Assembly (NCBI RefSeq): GCF_001194135.2
Contig: NC_068983.1
Span: forward strand, 23,312,261-23,376,260
Direction: 5' to 3'
DNA: 64,000 nt
DNA from: Octopus bimaculoides
Lineage: Eukaryota
Shown: piece by piece, positions 11,672-25,070 of the stretch
Numbering within the stretch: position 1 is the stretch's first letter
Layout: each line of letters starts with the position of its first letter
Program-made: the position numbers and the translations under genes
The notes under the pieces: generated by a model
The model's database searches: none
What the model saw: only the letters and a program-made list of their open reading frames with translations
Told to the model about the DNA's origin: nothing

Positions 11672-12679
11672 CTGTATAAAGAGAAGATAGTCTTGCAATC
11701 ATAAGTGTTGTTGTGTTGATAATAATAAAGATTGTTGTAATAACAAATATGAATTTACCTATAAAATAAAATATAAATTTGACAGACTTATAAACTTTGA
11801 CAGACATATAAATTTAAACTAATACAAATAAAAACTGAATATAAAATAGATTGTTTAATCTTATTGTTTTAATTAAATAGTTAATAATATTTATTTGTGT
11901 ATAGTGTTGTTATAGTTTAGTTAAATTGATTATGTGTATTTCTTTAGAATATTAGGTAATAATAGTTGAACATGCAGTAATAATAGTTAAAGTGCAGATG
12001 AAATATATAGTGTGTGTTTAATTGGCGACCCCCCACCCCAAAATGACCATCCCCAAGTATAGAAATATAAATTCTCTTTCAAAAACACATATTAGTAATT
12101 AATCCAGTACAATATTGTATATAATCTCTAGATACTGGATAAGTTAGTAAATCAGTAATTAGAGGAGATTTGTAAAGGTTTTCTTTACATAATAGGTGCA
12201 GACGTGGCTGTGTGATAAGAAGTTTGCTTTCCAATCCTATGGTTCCAGATTCAGTCCCACAGTACATTGATTTTACCCAGGAGAAACAATGGTGCTAAGA
12301 TGGCCCTATGTCACTGTGTTAGCCAATAGACTGCATGTATTATGAGTGATACTCCATTGGTTCAATGAGCGTTCTGTTATTTTGTCAAATGAACATCCAA
12401 CTCTTTAGATTAACAAGTAGGTGGTTGTAGTATTCTACAGACATGTTTACCTTTAACATAATTCTCAAGCCAAATCAGTATGACAACAATATGTGACAAA
12501 ATTGAACCTTCATATTACATGTACAACCCTTCTGATGAGTTTCCAAGGCTATGGTAAAGACATTTGACCAAAATATTATGCAGTGGGATTGAACACACAC
12601 ACACATGTAGACAGCAGAAGTCATCAATATCAGTAAAATAGCAACTATTTTACAGCTGTTGTTCATATTAGATACTTAC

Positions 12680-12836
12680 CACCACCATGTCCAAGGATAT
12701 ATGCCATTATGGAGACATGAGAATGTGCTGCAGCCAAGTGGAGAGCAGTCTGGCCGACTGAATCATGAGCATCTAAAATATTCGGCTGACACAGGTAAAG
12801 TCTATCAAATTCTTGACTATTACCATTCTGGGCTGC
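12680..12836 (-). CDS. TRPA1: TRPA1-like exon, ankyrin repeat (AAQNGNSQEFDRLYLCQPNILDAHDSVGQTALHLAAAHSHVSIMAYILGHGG)
   Basis: ag/gt boundaries, 157 nt, phase 0-1. Aligns by eye to Drosophila TRPA1 AAESGNLDDFKRLF...GRTAAHQAAA. Not in the ORF track. Confidence 0.9.
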
Positions 12837-13732
12837 CTATATTAAACAGAAATAGTAAGTGTTTAAACGTTATTGGATTTATATGGATGTGAAATGACTT
12901 GATAGATAAGGTTTGTTTTTGAAGTGGATAGAAAAATACATCTTAGGACTGTAATTGAAGATATGTAAGACACTCTTTTTCCTGAAAAATGTCTCAAAAA
13001 CTCACCTTGCAGCCTATATGTGAAGTTGGGCCTCCAATAAGCTTTATTGCATTAAAATTGTTTTTCTTGAATATGTGCTGCTGAAATTGGGTGCATCTAG
13101 TATGCCCATGTGTCTTTTATGCTATCACTTACGGTAGTTACTCAGGCACTTGAGTTTCATATGTAACATTTCACACGTTTACCTTTACTATTCCTGAAGC
13201 TATACAAATAGCATAAGATACTTTCATGTAAATTCTACCTGAAGAAGCTCTATTTTTAATATAACTTTGATAGGTCAAGCAGGGAAGTGCTCATGAGCTT
13301 TTTCAGGACTGGTGTCAGGAAGGGAGGATATTGTTTTTAGACCAAACATGCTCTGACGGTTAACAACAGTATAGATTCTGCTGAAGGTCTCCAAATTCTA
13401 TTTGGCAGTGTTAAACTGGCTGACACAAAGAACAGTATTCAATAACAGAAATGGTCTCTTCAACAAAGTTCCACAGTGCTTCTTTCATTTGCTAATTTAA
13501 CCCCTATTTTTCTTGATGCTAGATGTTTTATTTGTTGCCAAAAAAAAAAAAAAAAAAAAAAAAAAAGCACGACCAGCTGGCTGAAGATGCCTGTCAAGCT
13601 CTCGCAAATATATATATTTCTAGTGAAAACACATTCACTGATTACAAAAATTAGAAATGATCTAATTATAAATCTCACAGAGAGACTTAAACAGCAGTGT
13701 TACGATAAAGCAGTTGTATAATGTCAACTTAA

Positions 13733-13941
13733 TGTGACAGTCCCAATAAGGAAATCATACTGCTGCTATTTAGCCCTAGGAAGCTGGACCGCTTCCTGTC
13801 AGCCATGACACATTTCCTGTGTCCTTATGTTTGTGAGGGGGAGACAAGCACCTCCACCCAGCCTAGCCTGCATTCAAGGACATGTTTCTGAGTCTTTGCT
13901 CGTCATCAGCCTGAAGTAGCATGACCAGCTGGCTATATATG

Positions 13942-13989
<48 letters not shown>

Positions 13990-14051
13990 TGTATATNNNN
14001 NNNNNNNNNNNNNNNNNNNNNNNNNNNNNNNNNNNNNNNNNNNNNNNNNNC

Positions 14052-14082
<31 letters not shown>

Positions 14083-14205
14083 AGTGATGCGATAAAGTAG
14101 TTGTATGCTATCCACTTAATGTGACAATGTGTCAAGGCTGACAGGAAGCGGTGCTGCTTCCTAGGGCTAAATAGCAGTAGTATTATTCCCTTCATGGGAC
14201 TGACA
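13733..14205. mobile_element. Foldback/MITE-like element with ~85-bp inverted repeats
   Basis: 13733-13815 and 14122-14205 are reverse complements with several mismatches. The interior holds (TA)n and a gap. Confidence 0.6.
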
Positions 14206-15775
14206 CCTTTTCTACAGATCAAGCAGGGCCTCCTACCTGATGGGGTGTGTGATGTGTTCGCCTTCCTACTTACAAGAACTTTGGTCTTTGCAAAATTGAC
14301 TCTAAGGCCCTTCGATTCTAAACCTTGCTTCCACACTTGAAATTTCTTCTCTAGTTCTGGTAGTGATTCTGCTATGAAAGCCAGGTCATCAGCATAGAGG
14401 AGCTCCCAGGGGCAACCTGTCTTGAATTCCTCTGTTATTGCCTGGAGGACTATGATGAATAAGAGGGGGCTGAGGGCTGATACTTGGCGGACCCCTACTT
14501 CTACCTGGAATTCTTCACTATAATCATTGCAAGCCCTAACTTTACTAATAGAATCTCTGTATAGGGTCTGCACAGTCCTTATGAACCATTTGTCAATCCC
14601 CAGTTTCCACATCACCCACCAGATGAGGGATCAGGGGACCTTGTCAAAGGCTTTCTCCAAGTCCACAAAAGCCAAGTATAGGGGTTTATCTTTGGCTAGT
14701 TATTTCTCCTGCAGTTGCTGCACCAGGAATATAGCATTAGTGGTGCTTCTACCTGGCACAAAACCAAACTGCATCTCATCTAAGCAGACTCTTTCCCTAA
14801 TTAGTTGGGCTATGACCCTCTTTGTGACCTTCATCTCCTGATCCAGCAGTTTGATACCCCTGTAGTTATTTCTATCTAAAGCATCACCTTTACCTTCGTA
14901 GCAGTTGATTATGGGACTGCTATGCCAATCATTGGATATGACTCCACCTTGAACTACCTGGTTTACAATACGGGTGACTAGGCCATGGCGCATACCACCA
15001 GATGTTTTAAGCATTTCAGCAGTGATTCCTGATTGGCTGGAGGCATTTTCTGGCTTCATACCCATTATTGCTTTATCTACCAGGGTGCTGTCTATTTGGA
15101 TAGCTGATCCCTCTACTGGATCAACATTTGGCAAGCTCTCCTCTTCCCATTCATTCTCCACATTCAGCAGTCTTTCATAATGGCTTCTCCAAGCCTCTTT
15201 CTTTTCCGAATCATTAAAAGCAAGTGCACCATCATCCATGCACACACATTTCTCTCCTGTGACATCACAATTTTCTCTCACACACTGTCTTGCAATCCGA
15301 AATACTTCAGTTCTTTGGTCTTCACATCACTTGACATTGGCAAACTTCTTTTCTGCTTTGCCCTTGGCTATGTATACCTGTCGCCCAGCCTCCCTTTTGG
15401 CTATCTGGTACGGTTCCTTGCTACCCCCCACCCTTCCAGGCCTGTTTCTTTACTCTGATGGCTTTCTCTACCGTATTATTCCACCACCACATTACTCTAG
15501 GTCTGGAAGGGACTTTGCACCATCCGCAGACTTGGTCTGTGGCATTCAGTAAGCTGTCCCGTATGAATTTCCAGCTACCTTCTATGTCTGATGTCTGTAG
15601 CTCCTCCTCCCTCTCATCAAATTTCTTGATGAAGATGTCCCTAAATCTCTGACCATGTGAAGGGTTCTTTAGCTTCCAAATCCTTCACTTCTGTGTTGGT
15701 CTGCTTCTTGGCATCCTTCTGGTGTCTAATGACTAGTCTATGCTCAGGGGTGCATTCCTCACCTGGGAGGGTCTT
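14200..15775 (-). mobile_element. RTE LINE reverse transcriptase remnant
   Basis: YRGIKLLDQ, QFGFVPGRSTT, LSPLLFIIVL and LLYADDL motifs, with stops and frameshifts. Confidence 0.95.
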
Positions 15776-16169
15776 NNNNNNNNNNNNNNNNNNNNNNNNN
15801 NNNNNNNNNNNNNNNNNNNNNNNNNNNNNNNNNNNNNNNNNNNNNNNNNNNNNNNNNNNNNNNNNNNNNNNNNNNNNNNNNNNNNNNNNNNNNNNNNNNN
15901 NNNNNNNNNNNNNNNNNNNNNNNNNNNNNNNNNNNNNNNNNNNNNNNNNNNNNNNNNNNNNNNNNNNNNNNNNNNNNNNNNNNNNNNNNNNNNNNNNNNN
16001 NNNNNNNNNNNNNNNNNNNNNNNNNNNNNNNNNNNNNNNNNNNNNNTGCTTCAAATAACGGTCATGGATTGGTCGTTTCAATTAACGGTCATAGATGCGT
16101 AATGCACAGACCAAATAAATTTAATACAGATTCATCCTATTAAAAAAATATTGAAGAAAACCTTACTCC

Positions 16170-16211
<42 letters not shown>

Positions 16212-16503
16212 CATGTATGTATGCATTTAAGTATGTATATGTGAGGGTCCATGGCCTACTGGTGTTGCACTCACGATCACTAGATCATGATTTCAATCCC
16301 TATACTGGGTAGTGCATTGAGTTCTTGAGCAAAACACTTCCTACCATGTTGCTCTGCTATCTCTTTGACACAGGGCGCCTGTTCAATGTTGATTTGCTGA
16401 GTGAAAGTGAGCTAATGTATGGCATGAACATTTGATCACTATAAACGAATCATTTGTGAAGGTTATTCAAGAAAAGTTGAATACTCACGTCATCTTCAAT
16501 CCA

Positions 16504-16576
<73 letters not shown>

Positions 16577-16747
16577 ACCATAGTACAATAGGCATGGTTA
16601 TGTGGTTAAGAAACTTATTTTGCAACCACATTGTTTCAGGCTCAGTCCCATTTCACAGTATCTTGGGTAGTTGTCTTCTACTATAAGCCTCAACATGAAC
16701 AATACCTTGTGAGTGAATTTAATAGATGGAAACTCTGTGGAAGCCCT

Positions 16748-17795
16748 TCATCATCATCATCATCGTTTAACATCTGCTTTCCATGCTAGCATGGGTTGGA
16801 CGGTTTGACTGAGGACTGGTAAGCCAGAGGCTGCACCAGGCTCAATCTGATCTGGCAATGTTTCTACAGTTGGAGGCTCTTCCTAACGCCAACCACTCCG
16901 AGAGTGTAGTGGGTGCTTTTTACGTGCCACCGGCACAAGGGCTAATCAAGCGGTTCTGGCAACAGCCATGCTCAAAAGGTGTTCTTACATGCTACCTGTA
17001 CAGGAGCCAGTGCGGTGGCACTGGCAACGACCACGCTGTTTTATACATGCCACCAGCATGTATGCCGGTAAAGCGACACTGGCAACGATCACGCTCAAAT
17101 GGTACTTTTCAGATGTCACCGGAATGGGAGCCAATCCATGGCCCTGGCAACGATCATGCTCGGATGTGCTTTTAACGTTCCACTGGCACAAGTGCCAATC
17201 AGGTAGTACTGTCATCAGCCACATCAACAATTTTGGTTTGTTTACACTTGCCTCACTAGGTCTTCGCAAGCAAAGTTCATTGTCCAATGAATGAGGGGTA
17301 CTCATAAGTGGGTTGGTTACACCCACGTTCGGATGTGCTTCTAATGTTCTACTGGCACGAGTGCCAATCAGGTGGTACTGTCGTCGGCCACGTCAGCAAT
17401 TTTGATTTTGATTTCACGTGCCTCAATAGGTCTTCACAAGCAAGGTTTATTGTCCAATGATTGAGGGGTATTCATAAATGGGCTGGTTACACCCACTGGC
17501 ATAGGCCATGGGCTATGGTCTCACTTGGCTTGTTGGGTCTTCTCAAGCACAGCATATCTCCAAAGGTCCCGGTCACTAGTCATTGCCTCGGAAAAGCCCA
17601 ATGTTCGAAGGTCGTGCTTCACCACCTCATCCCAGGTTTTCCTGGGTCTGCCTCTTTCACAGGTTCCCTCAACTGCTAGGGTGTGACACTTTTTCACACA
17701 ACTATCCTCATTCATTCTCACCACATGACCATACCAGTGCAGTCATCTCTCTTGCACACCACATCTGATGCTTCTCAAATCCAACTTTTTCTCTC
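16748..17795 (-). mobile_element. RTE LINE 3' end with an internal duplication
   Basis: GRPRKTWDEVVKHDLRTLG...LWRYAV, plus 3' UTR and (GAT)n tail. Confidence 0.9.
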
Positions 17796-18099
17796 AGGGC
17801 ACTTCATATATGTATATGTGTGTGTGTGTGTGTGCCTTTGTGTTTGTCTCTCCAACACTTGACAAGCAGTATTAATTTGTCTATGTCCACATAACTTAGC
17901 AGGTCACCAAAAAGAGACCAACAAATTAAGTACCAGGCTTAAAAAATAGGTACAGGAGTTGATTTGTTCAATTAAACCCTTCAAGTAGGTGCCCCAGCAT
18001 GGCTGCAATCCAATGACTGAAACAGATAAAAGATAAAGAAGAGACCTAAATATAGAAATACAAGATAAAACTGCAACTTAGTGTTTTTTTCCCTTTGTA

Positions 18100-18980
18100 A
18101 TTTACTTTGTACCTTCTCATTGTTCAGGCCTCACACAACAAATCTCTTTTATATATCCATATTAATATATACATTAAATGCTTGAAATGTAAAAGATTTT
18201 TCCATTCTTCCAGAGCGTTAAACTAATACACCTGCTTGTAGTTCCTGCACCTGTCTTCATCTTCTGCTTTCTGTAAATTTGGACTCTATATATGTATCTT
18301 TATCATAGTTTTTATGGTGGGTTTTGGAGCAACAGTTCTGATTTTAGCAAGTGGTATTATATACCCTACCTAATCATATATATAGTTGAGTTATTTAAAA
18401 GAAAGCTGGTCTTCTTCTGTTGGTTGTTTTTCCTCGCATTCGGTACTAAATGTGTTTATTTTGGGAAGTCCAGTGTGTGGCATTATTCTGTAGTAATGCC
18501 CCTTATATAAATATAAACGAATAATTATATTCTTGGGAATAGAAATTTCTCTTATGAATTTTTTTACACACTGGCTTCTTGATAAAATTCTTGTAAAAGA
18601 TTTTTATCCCTTCTTGAATTTATTAATCATATATATATATATATGCGAGTAAAAATAAATACAAAAAAGGTGGGTTTTTTGTATGATTGTGTATAGAGGA
18701 ATATATTATTTTGTTTAAAAGAGTTCCAACACTGTCTGTTTTTTATGTTTTATTTATATTCCTGCAGAACCAATGTGGGGTATAGAATATGGAATATACA
18801 ATATATAATATAATATACAATATATAATATAAAATAAAATTAAATTAAAATGGGTGGCACCATGAAAGAAAGTATTGAATGTAGATGAAATATTGAGTGT
18901 TCAATATAAAGGATCAAATATATAAATATATAAAGGCGACTCGAGTTTCAGGGCTATTTCCCTTCGTCATGGCCGGTATG
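18100..18980. mobile_element. Degenerate Penelope-like element terminal region
   Basis: 18190-18280 resembles the reverse complement of 57070-57150; there is a hammerhead-like motif at 18935-18974. Confidence 0.5.
18935..18974 (-). ncRNA. Minimal hammerhead ribozyme-like motif (core damaged)
   Basis: GGC-CATGACGA-AGGG aaatag CCCT-GAAAC TCGA GTC-GCC. Confidence 0.6.
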
Positions 18981-19513
18981 ACAGACTTTAACAGATGGAT
19001 TCTCCTGTTAATGATGACATGTGAGCATTCAGCTTCTGCTTAATGATCTACACAAATGATTTGTTTATAGTGATCTAATGTTTGTGCTGCATATTGTCTG
19101 AACAGGTGCATGGGGTGTACCCTGTGTTGGGTATTGAAGTGATAGCAGAGCAACACAAGAACACAAGATGCTCAAGAACACAACACATCACTAAGTCTTG
19201 GAACTGAACTTACAATCACTAGGTCATAAGTGAAACACCCTAACCACTGAGCCATGTGCCCTCACAAACAAAAACAAAACAATCTAATATTTAAAAAAAT
19301 GAGTGGAATCAAACCAGTGTGTGCGTGTTAATTATATTGGCATAATGACTATCCCTAGACACAACAAAACACTCACACACACATATTTATCCAACATACA
19401 CATTATTATAATGAATAATTTGATTGTTTATAATTTCTTGAACAAGGGTAATCAGCCATCAATAAGTGGTCAAACTTATAGACTATGAGGTATAAGGAAT
19501 TGTATATTGTCAT

Positions 19514-19900
19514 GGCGCAGGAGTGGCTGTGTGGTAAGTAGTTTGCTTACCAACCACATGGTTCCAGGTTCAGTCCCACTGCATGGCACCTTGAGCAAGT
19601 GTCTTCTACTATAGCCTCGGGCCAACCAAAGCCTTGTGAGTGGATTTGGTAGACAGAAACTGAAAGAAGCCCGTGGTATATATGTATATATGTGTGTGTG
19701 TGTGTTTGTGTGTCTGTGTCTGTCCCCCAACATCACTTGACAACCAATGCTGGTGTGTTTACATCCCCGTAACCTAGTGGTTCAGCAAAAGAGACCGATA
19801 GAATAAGTCCTGGGGTTGATTTGCTTGACTAAAGGCGGTGCTCCAGTATGGCCACAGTCAAATCACAAATCACTGAAACAAGTAAAAGAGTAAAAGAGTA
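19514..19900 (+). mobile_element. Same ~410-bp SINE family, with a small internal deletion
   Basis: Match to 11064-11476. Confidence 0.88.
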
Positions 19901-20621
19901 TATAACATCCTTTTGCCAAGGATATTTGTAGATTAAGTAAATACAAGGGGGTGTAAAACCTAAATTATAGGTTTGGGTTACAAGGAGGTTACCAGCAACA
20001 TTGTGCCACAAACCATTAAAATTGAAATTTGGTTACAGGCTCAATTTTCAGGGACTTTATCACTTGTGTTTCTGAAATTGTCACTGCTGAAACTATACAG
20101 TATTTGTTAAGGTGTAGAACTGATTTTAAAGCTGATAGATTTGGTTTGTTGAGAGGGATTTGACGACAGCATTGAGGAACTAAGGAGAGGATGTGAAACG
20201 AATATACATGCTTAAATATGTACATATGTATAAAATATATACACACACTTAAGCATACATAACTGGCATTTTGTTGGTTATGATGATGAGGGTTCCAATC
20301 AATCCAATCAATGGAACAGCCTGCTCATGAAATTAATGTGGAAGTGGCTGAGCACTCCACAGACATGCATACCTTTAACATAGTTCTCAGAGCGATTAAC
20401 ATGACACAGAATGTGACAAGGCTGGCCTCTTGAATTACACACACAATTAATTTATGTCAGCTGAATGGACTGGAGCAACATGAAATAAAGTGTCTTGCTT
20501 AAAAACACAATGCGCCACTGGGAATCAAACTCATGACCATACAATTGTGAGCCGAATACTGTAACCACTAAGCCATGGGGTCTCACTCTCTGTCTCTCAC
20601 ATATACATACATACAACCTAC

Positions 20622-21215
20622 GGATCTTTTTTAAAACGGGGGGCCACATTTTTCATTAATGTTTTACGTAGTGTTTTTGGTACCGAAAGACTTTCAAACT
20701 TCGTATACTTATCTATTTTGTGTTATAGAACAGAAAAATATTTTTGTATTCAAATTTATTTCATGTAAAAAATTGTCTTATTTCGATAATTTCAACCAAT
20801 CACTGACAAGTATTCAGTTGTTTACATTTACTCCTTTGGCTGATTAAGCCATAGCTTCGTTTTATTTGCTTTTTTCATTTTAAATTTGCTTTTTTCATTT
20901 TCTTTTTTTTTTCTTCGTTTTATTTGCTTTTTTCTTTTTAAATTTGCTGTTTTACCCTAACCCTATCACCGATAGAATTGTTTCAGAATCGTTAGTTTAT
21001 GTAGTCGGCACTTAATGTATATCGGCTGAATGGACGTCAGTGATTGGTTGAAATTACAGAAATACGACAACTTTAACATGGAATAACTTAGTCTTCTTTA
21101 AAAAAAAAGAAATCCCTAAGAGAAAAAGATGTTTTATATGACACATTCTACCAGTGTTCCAAGTTTCAAAGTGTTTCGTTAATGAAAAATGTGGCCCCCG
21201 TTTTAAAAAAGATCC
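20622..21215. mobile_element. Non-autonomous DNA transposon (GGATC-ended TIRs, 8-bp TSD; Merlin-like)
   Basis: ~37-bp TIRs GGATCTTTTTTAAAACGGGGGCCACATTTTTCATTAA; perfect TSD CAACCTAC at 20614-20621 and 21216-21223. Confidence 0.85.
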
Positions 21216-21270
21216 CAACCTACATATATGTAAGTATGTGCAGTTATAGTCAAAAATTAGCTAGACTTAC

Positions 21271-21444
21271 CAAAAGAGCCTTAGTCATATTATCAACCTG
21301 GCAATCAAACTGCTGATCCCTTTCCAGCCCCTGGTTTTGCTGTTTGACATCTAAACCAGTATATTGTTCATTGTATTTTATAGCATTGAAAGTTAGACTT
21401 TTCACAGAAGGTGCAATTTGAGGTAGATTATTCAGATCCATCAT
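21271..21444 (-). CDS. TRPA1: TRPA1-like channel, probable first coding exon (MMDLNN...DNMTKALL)
   Basis: Donor TTG|gtaagt in phase 0 joins the next exon as KALL|AAQNG, like Drosophila TRPA1 RILR-AAESG. The start codon is inferred; a possible acceptor lies at 21511-21512. Confidence 0.65.
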
Positions 21445-22450
21445 TAAGACATTGAATGAAAGATAGAAGAAAGATAGAGAAAGAGAACAAGACAGAAACA
21501 GAAAGAAAAACTAGAAAGAGTGAGTTGTTTGAAATCAATCCAGTGTCCAAGTGTAAACGGTCAAAGCTAAGAACTGGCAAACATCTGAAGACATTTCCAG
21601 CCTAGATATAAAAGCTACTGAACATCAGCATCACAAAATAAACAGTGATGACACGTAGTTAAGGAAATTGTTGATTATTTGCTGAAGAGATTAATGAGGA
21701 AATTAAAACAAAAATTAGATTAAGAGTTTGTAATGTCTGTGTGAGTGTGTGTGTATGTGTGAAAGAGTACATTTCATCACTGTCTGTTGCTCAACAATAA
21801 ATGAATCTCTATCATGTTAACAAACAGTTGCACATTTACTACACTAGATACATTTACTACACTAGATAAGGAAGTTAAATACAATATTGACTAATTTTTA
21901 TCAATAATTGAAATGAAATAAAATAGATATTGAAATGATGATGATAATGTGAAAGAATGATCTACAGCCATGACTTGCACTTGAGGATGATTTGGCAGCA
22001 TGTACCCTATTTTAACTAATTGTTTTAGGTACTTCTGTAGTCATGAACAGAGAAAAGCATTCTGAAGCACTTAAATCCTTGATTCTCAACTAGGAATTGA
22101 AACCTCAGTCTGAATGTTTCTGCCAGCTTCTTTCCTTTGTTCACTTGGAGGTTCATGAAAGTCAGTTTGTCAACTGTCTGACTTTCTTGGGTCAAGTTCA
22201 ACCTAGATAATCCATGAAATATCCTTTGTTTCACTATGACTTATCAAGGGAATGGCTATAAATATGGAACACTAAACAGAATTCTGGCCTTCTTTTTTGG
22301 CTTGGCCCATGGCACAGATAACACGCCTGTTTTCTTTCTTCAGTGTTGTTAGAGTTAAGATGTGTTTCTCTCTTTACTTGGTAGCTGTCGCTAAGGTAAC
22401 ATACCTCTCTTATCCTCTCTGTAATTTTCAGAGAGATAAATTCTCTAAAC

Positions 22451-22694
22451 CAACGGTTCTCAACCATCTTTTGCTTATGGAACCCTTTGATTCCTGTTTT
22501 ATTCCAGTAGACTCTTATAGCCATTCAACATTTAAAAAATCCTATTTTATTTTTATACTTAAATATAAGAAATTCTATTAAAAATTTGTTAAAATATTTT
22601 GTGTATTGTATAACCAATTTACTGTACATAAAATTTAACAACAAAACCTTGTATGGACCACCAAAGATCATATGGACCCCAGTTGAGAACCACT
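22451..22694. mobile_element. hAT-Charlie-like MITE
   Basis: Ends resemble CAGTGGTTCTCAA...TTGAGAACCACT; related copies at 35707-35931, 47760-48030 and 49959-50272. Confidence 0.65.
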
Positions 22695-24779
22695 ATTTAA
22701 AATTTTCTCTCTCTTTTGTTTAATGAACAGAGATATCTATACGAGGGACAATAGAATTATCCTTATGTATTAACAGGTTTGTTTTGTCATGGTAAATAAA
22801 AGTTATATTAACTATGATATTTCTTCTGTTATCTATTTCCATGGATTCCAAATTTACCAACAGCTACCCCAACTTTACTAAACTTCATCCACATATTGAC
22901 CAAAACATCCGGATAATATAAAACACATTTATGGCTACAATCCATCTGTTACAATCATCTTAGTCTTTCCAATTTTGATCTAAAGGAATAATCAGGCTGT
23001 GATAGCTGAAGCAAGAGATGATAAGATTACTACTGCACTTGTACTTTATTTATAGACTCCAAAACGATGAAAGGTAAGGTTGACATTGGCAGGATTTGAA
23101 CTCAGAGAACCAGAACAAATAGAACACAAGCTATCCAATGCTCTAATGACTCAGCCAATTAGACCATCTTAAAGGAAATTAATGTAATAATAATATTGAT
23201 GGTTTCTTACAAAGGCACAAGGCAACGACTGAAGTCAAACTCAGTATTTGATTTGTGTTTATGCTATTTATGAACTCTGAAATAAAGAAAAGCGAAGTTG
23301 ATTCTGGTAAGATTTGAACTCAAAACCTAAAAGGTTATAATTTAAGTCTTCAAGCAATTAATTCATCATTTTTACTGTTTCTGCTATCCTTTCCTTTGTT
23401 ATCTTCCAATTTCATGCTCGCAACATGAATATTTTAATACTTTTTCCATGCTGTATGACAGTGAGTTGGTGGAAATAATAATAAAGCATTTGTGTCTAAC
23501 ATTATTTACTTCTATCTTTTTAACACTTTAAAGTCCAATTCCTAGCAGAGATTATGTTGTTCCTTAGCATTTAAACCAGCCATATCAGAAAAAAATATTC
23601 TACCTATTTTATGTTTAAACTGACCAGATCTAAACTCTCACACCTAATCCTAAAATGTCATTCTAAAAATAAACAATCATATCATCAAAAACTCAAAGTT
23701 ATGAAATAATGCATGATTAATTCAAAACAATATGAATGAAAAAGCATTACATTTGATAGAGCAATCTCGATGCTAAAAATACATAGCAATAATATGCTGG
23801 AATCGATTTAATTTCTTTACTCTGTTGTATGTCTGAAGAAATTGATACAGGTGTAACACAGAATTTATGGCTTTTGATGGTCTGGTGTCTACTTTAGTTT
23901 GGATAAAATTATGAGCAAGAATTTGAAACTCTCACAGCTACCAAACTCGTTTACTGGGCAGCATGCAGATGGTGTTGAGTGAAGCTGAGCTTTCTTTGTT
24001 TGTTCACATTACAGCTGTTAGTGGCACTACTTCAATTTTGTGAGATTCTTAACTTATTTTGCTTAAATTTAAACCAAACTTTGACTTCTAAGAGAGTGTT
24101 ACTGATGGTGTCAAATGTAATCCCCAGTCCATACCAATTCTAGCAAAAAGTTTAAAAAAACTGGATCATGATGTTTCAGTGTGGAAGCTTGTGAAATATG
24201 TGGTATTGGTTTACCAAATATTTATGATATACCAAAGTAGAGAGAAAAGGTATGGAAATTTTATATAGGTAGTGATTCCAAGAACCAAATGACCATTTGG
24301 AAAAATACTGAGCATGACTGAGTGAAGATGGAGTGGTTTCAGACAACGAAGTGGAATTGTCAGGCAGCTTGATAATGGAGTAGGTTTGATTGTTCCATGA
24401 AGAATTTGAATTAGAAATGAGTGTGATTATAGTGCAGGTGTGTGTGTGTGTGTGTGTGTGTGCGTTGGGGGGAGGGTTCAAAAATTCAAGATGTATCATG
24501 GAATTTCTTTCAATAAAGTATGAAGTAAAGCAGTCTGTGAACCATGAAGGAGGTATCAAGTATGTGGTTGAATTTTCCAAGCTTGTACATTATGCAGATG
24601 AATAGTGTTAAACTGGTGGTGCATACATTAAAAAGCATTAACAACAGATGAAGAAGCATCCACAGAATTCAAACTACCTAAGGACAGATTTACCATCTTG
24701 GGGTGCTGAAATGCAGCAGACAGGCACAGATGTAAATTGTTAGTGATAGAAAAAAGTAAATGCCCCAGGGTCTTGAAAG

Positions 24780-25070
24780 TTGTTGAAATTTACTTCCTAA
24801 CAAACTGTTCAGATAAAAAATGGTTGGATTACAATTGAAATTACTGCAGAATGGTTTTAAAAAAAAACTTTTATTAATGTCAGAGGACACTGCACATCAG
24901 TATGCCTCTAAGAAGGTTATAAAATTAGTCTTTTTAGGTCAATTTTCCAGCCCACCCCACCCCAAAGCTAAACTCTGGTGTAAGAAAATTGTTTATATTG
25001 TGTATTTAAAACCCAATTGTTTGTCAGTTATCCAGCCCCAAGATCAAAGAATTCTGAAACCATAACATAG
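24780..25070 (+). mobile_element. pogo/Tigger transposase remnant
   Basis: KNGWITIEITAEWF and IVYLKPNCLSVIQPQDQRIL resemble the DDE_1 motifs KAWMT..F.EWF and FLPPNTTS.IQP.DQGII. Confidence 0.7.

Noticed and set aside
22025-22234. ORF segment LTFMNLQVNKGKKLAETFRLR, faintly like the NF-kB Rel domain, upstream of ankyrin exons
   Set aside because: The ankyrin exons match TRPA1 from its N-terminus, there are no other Rel-domain exons and no convincing donor. Likely chance.
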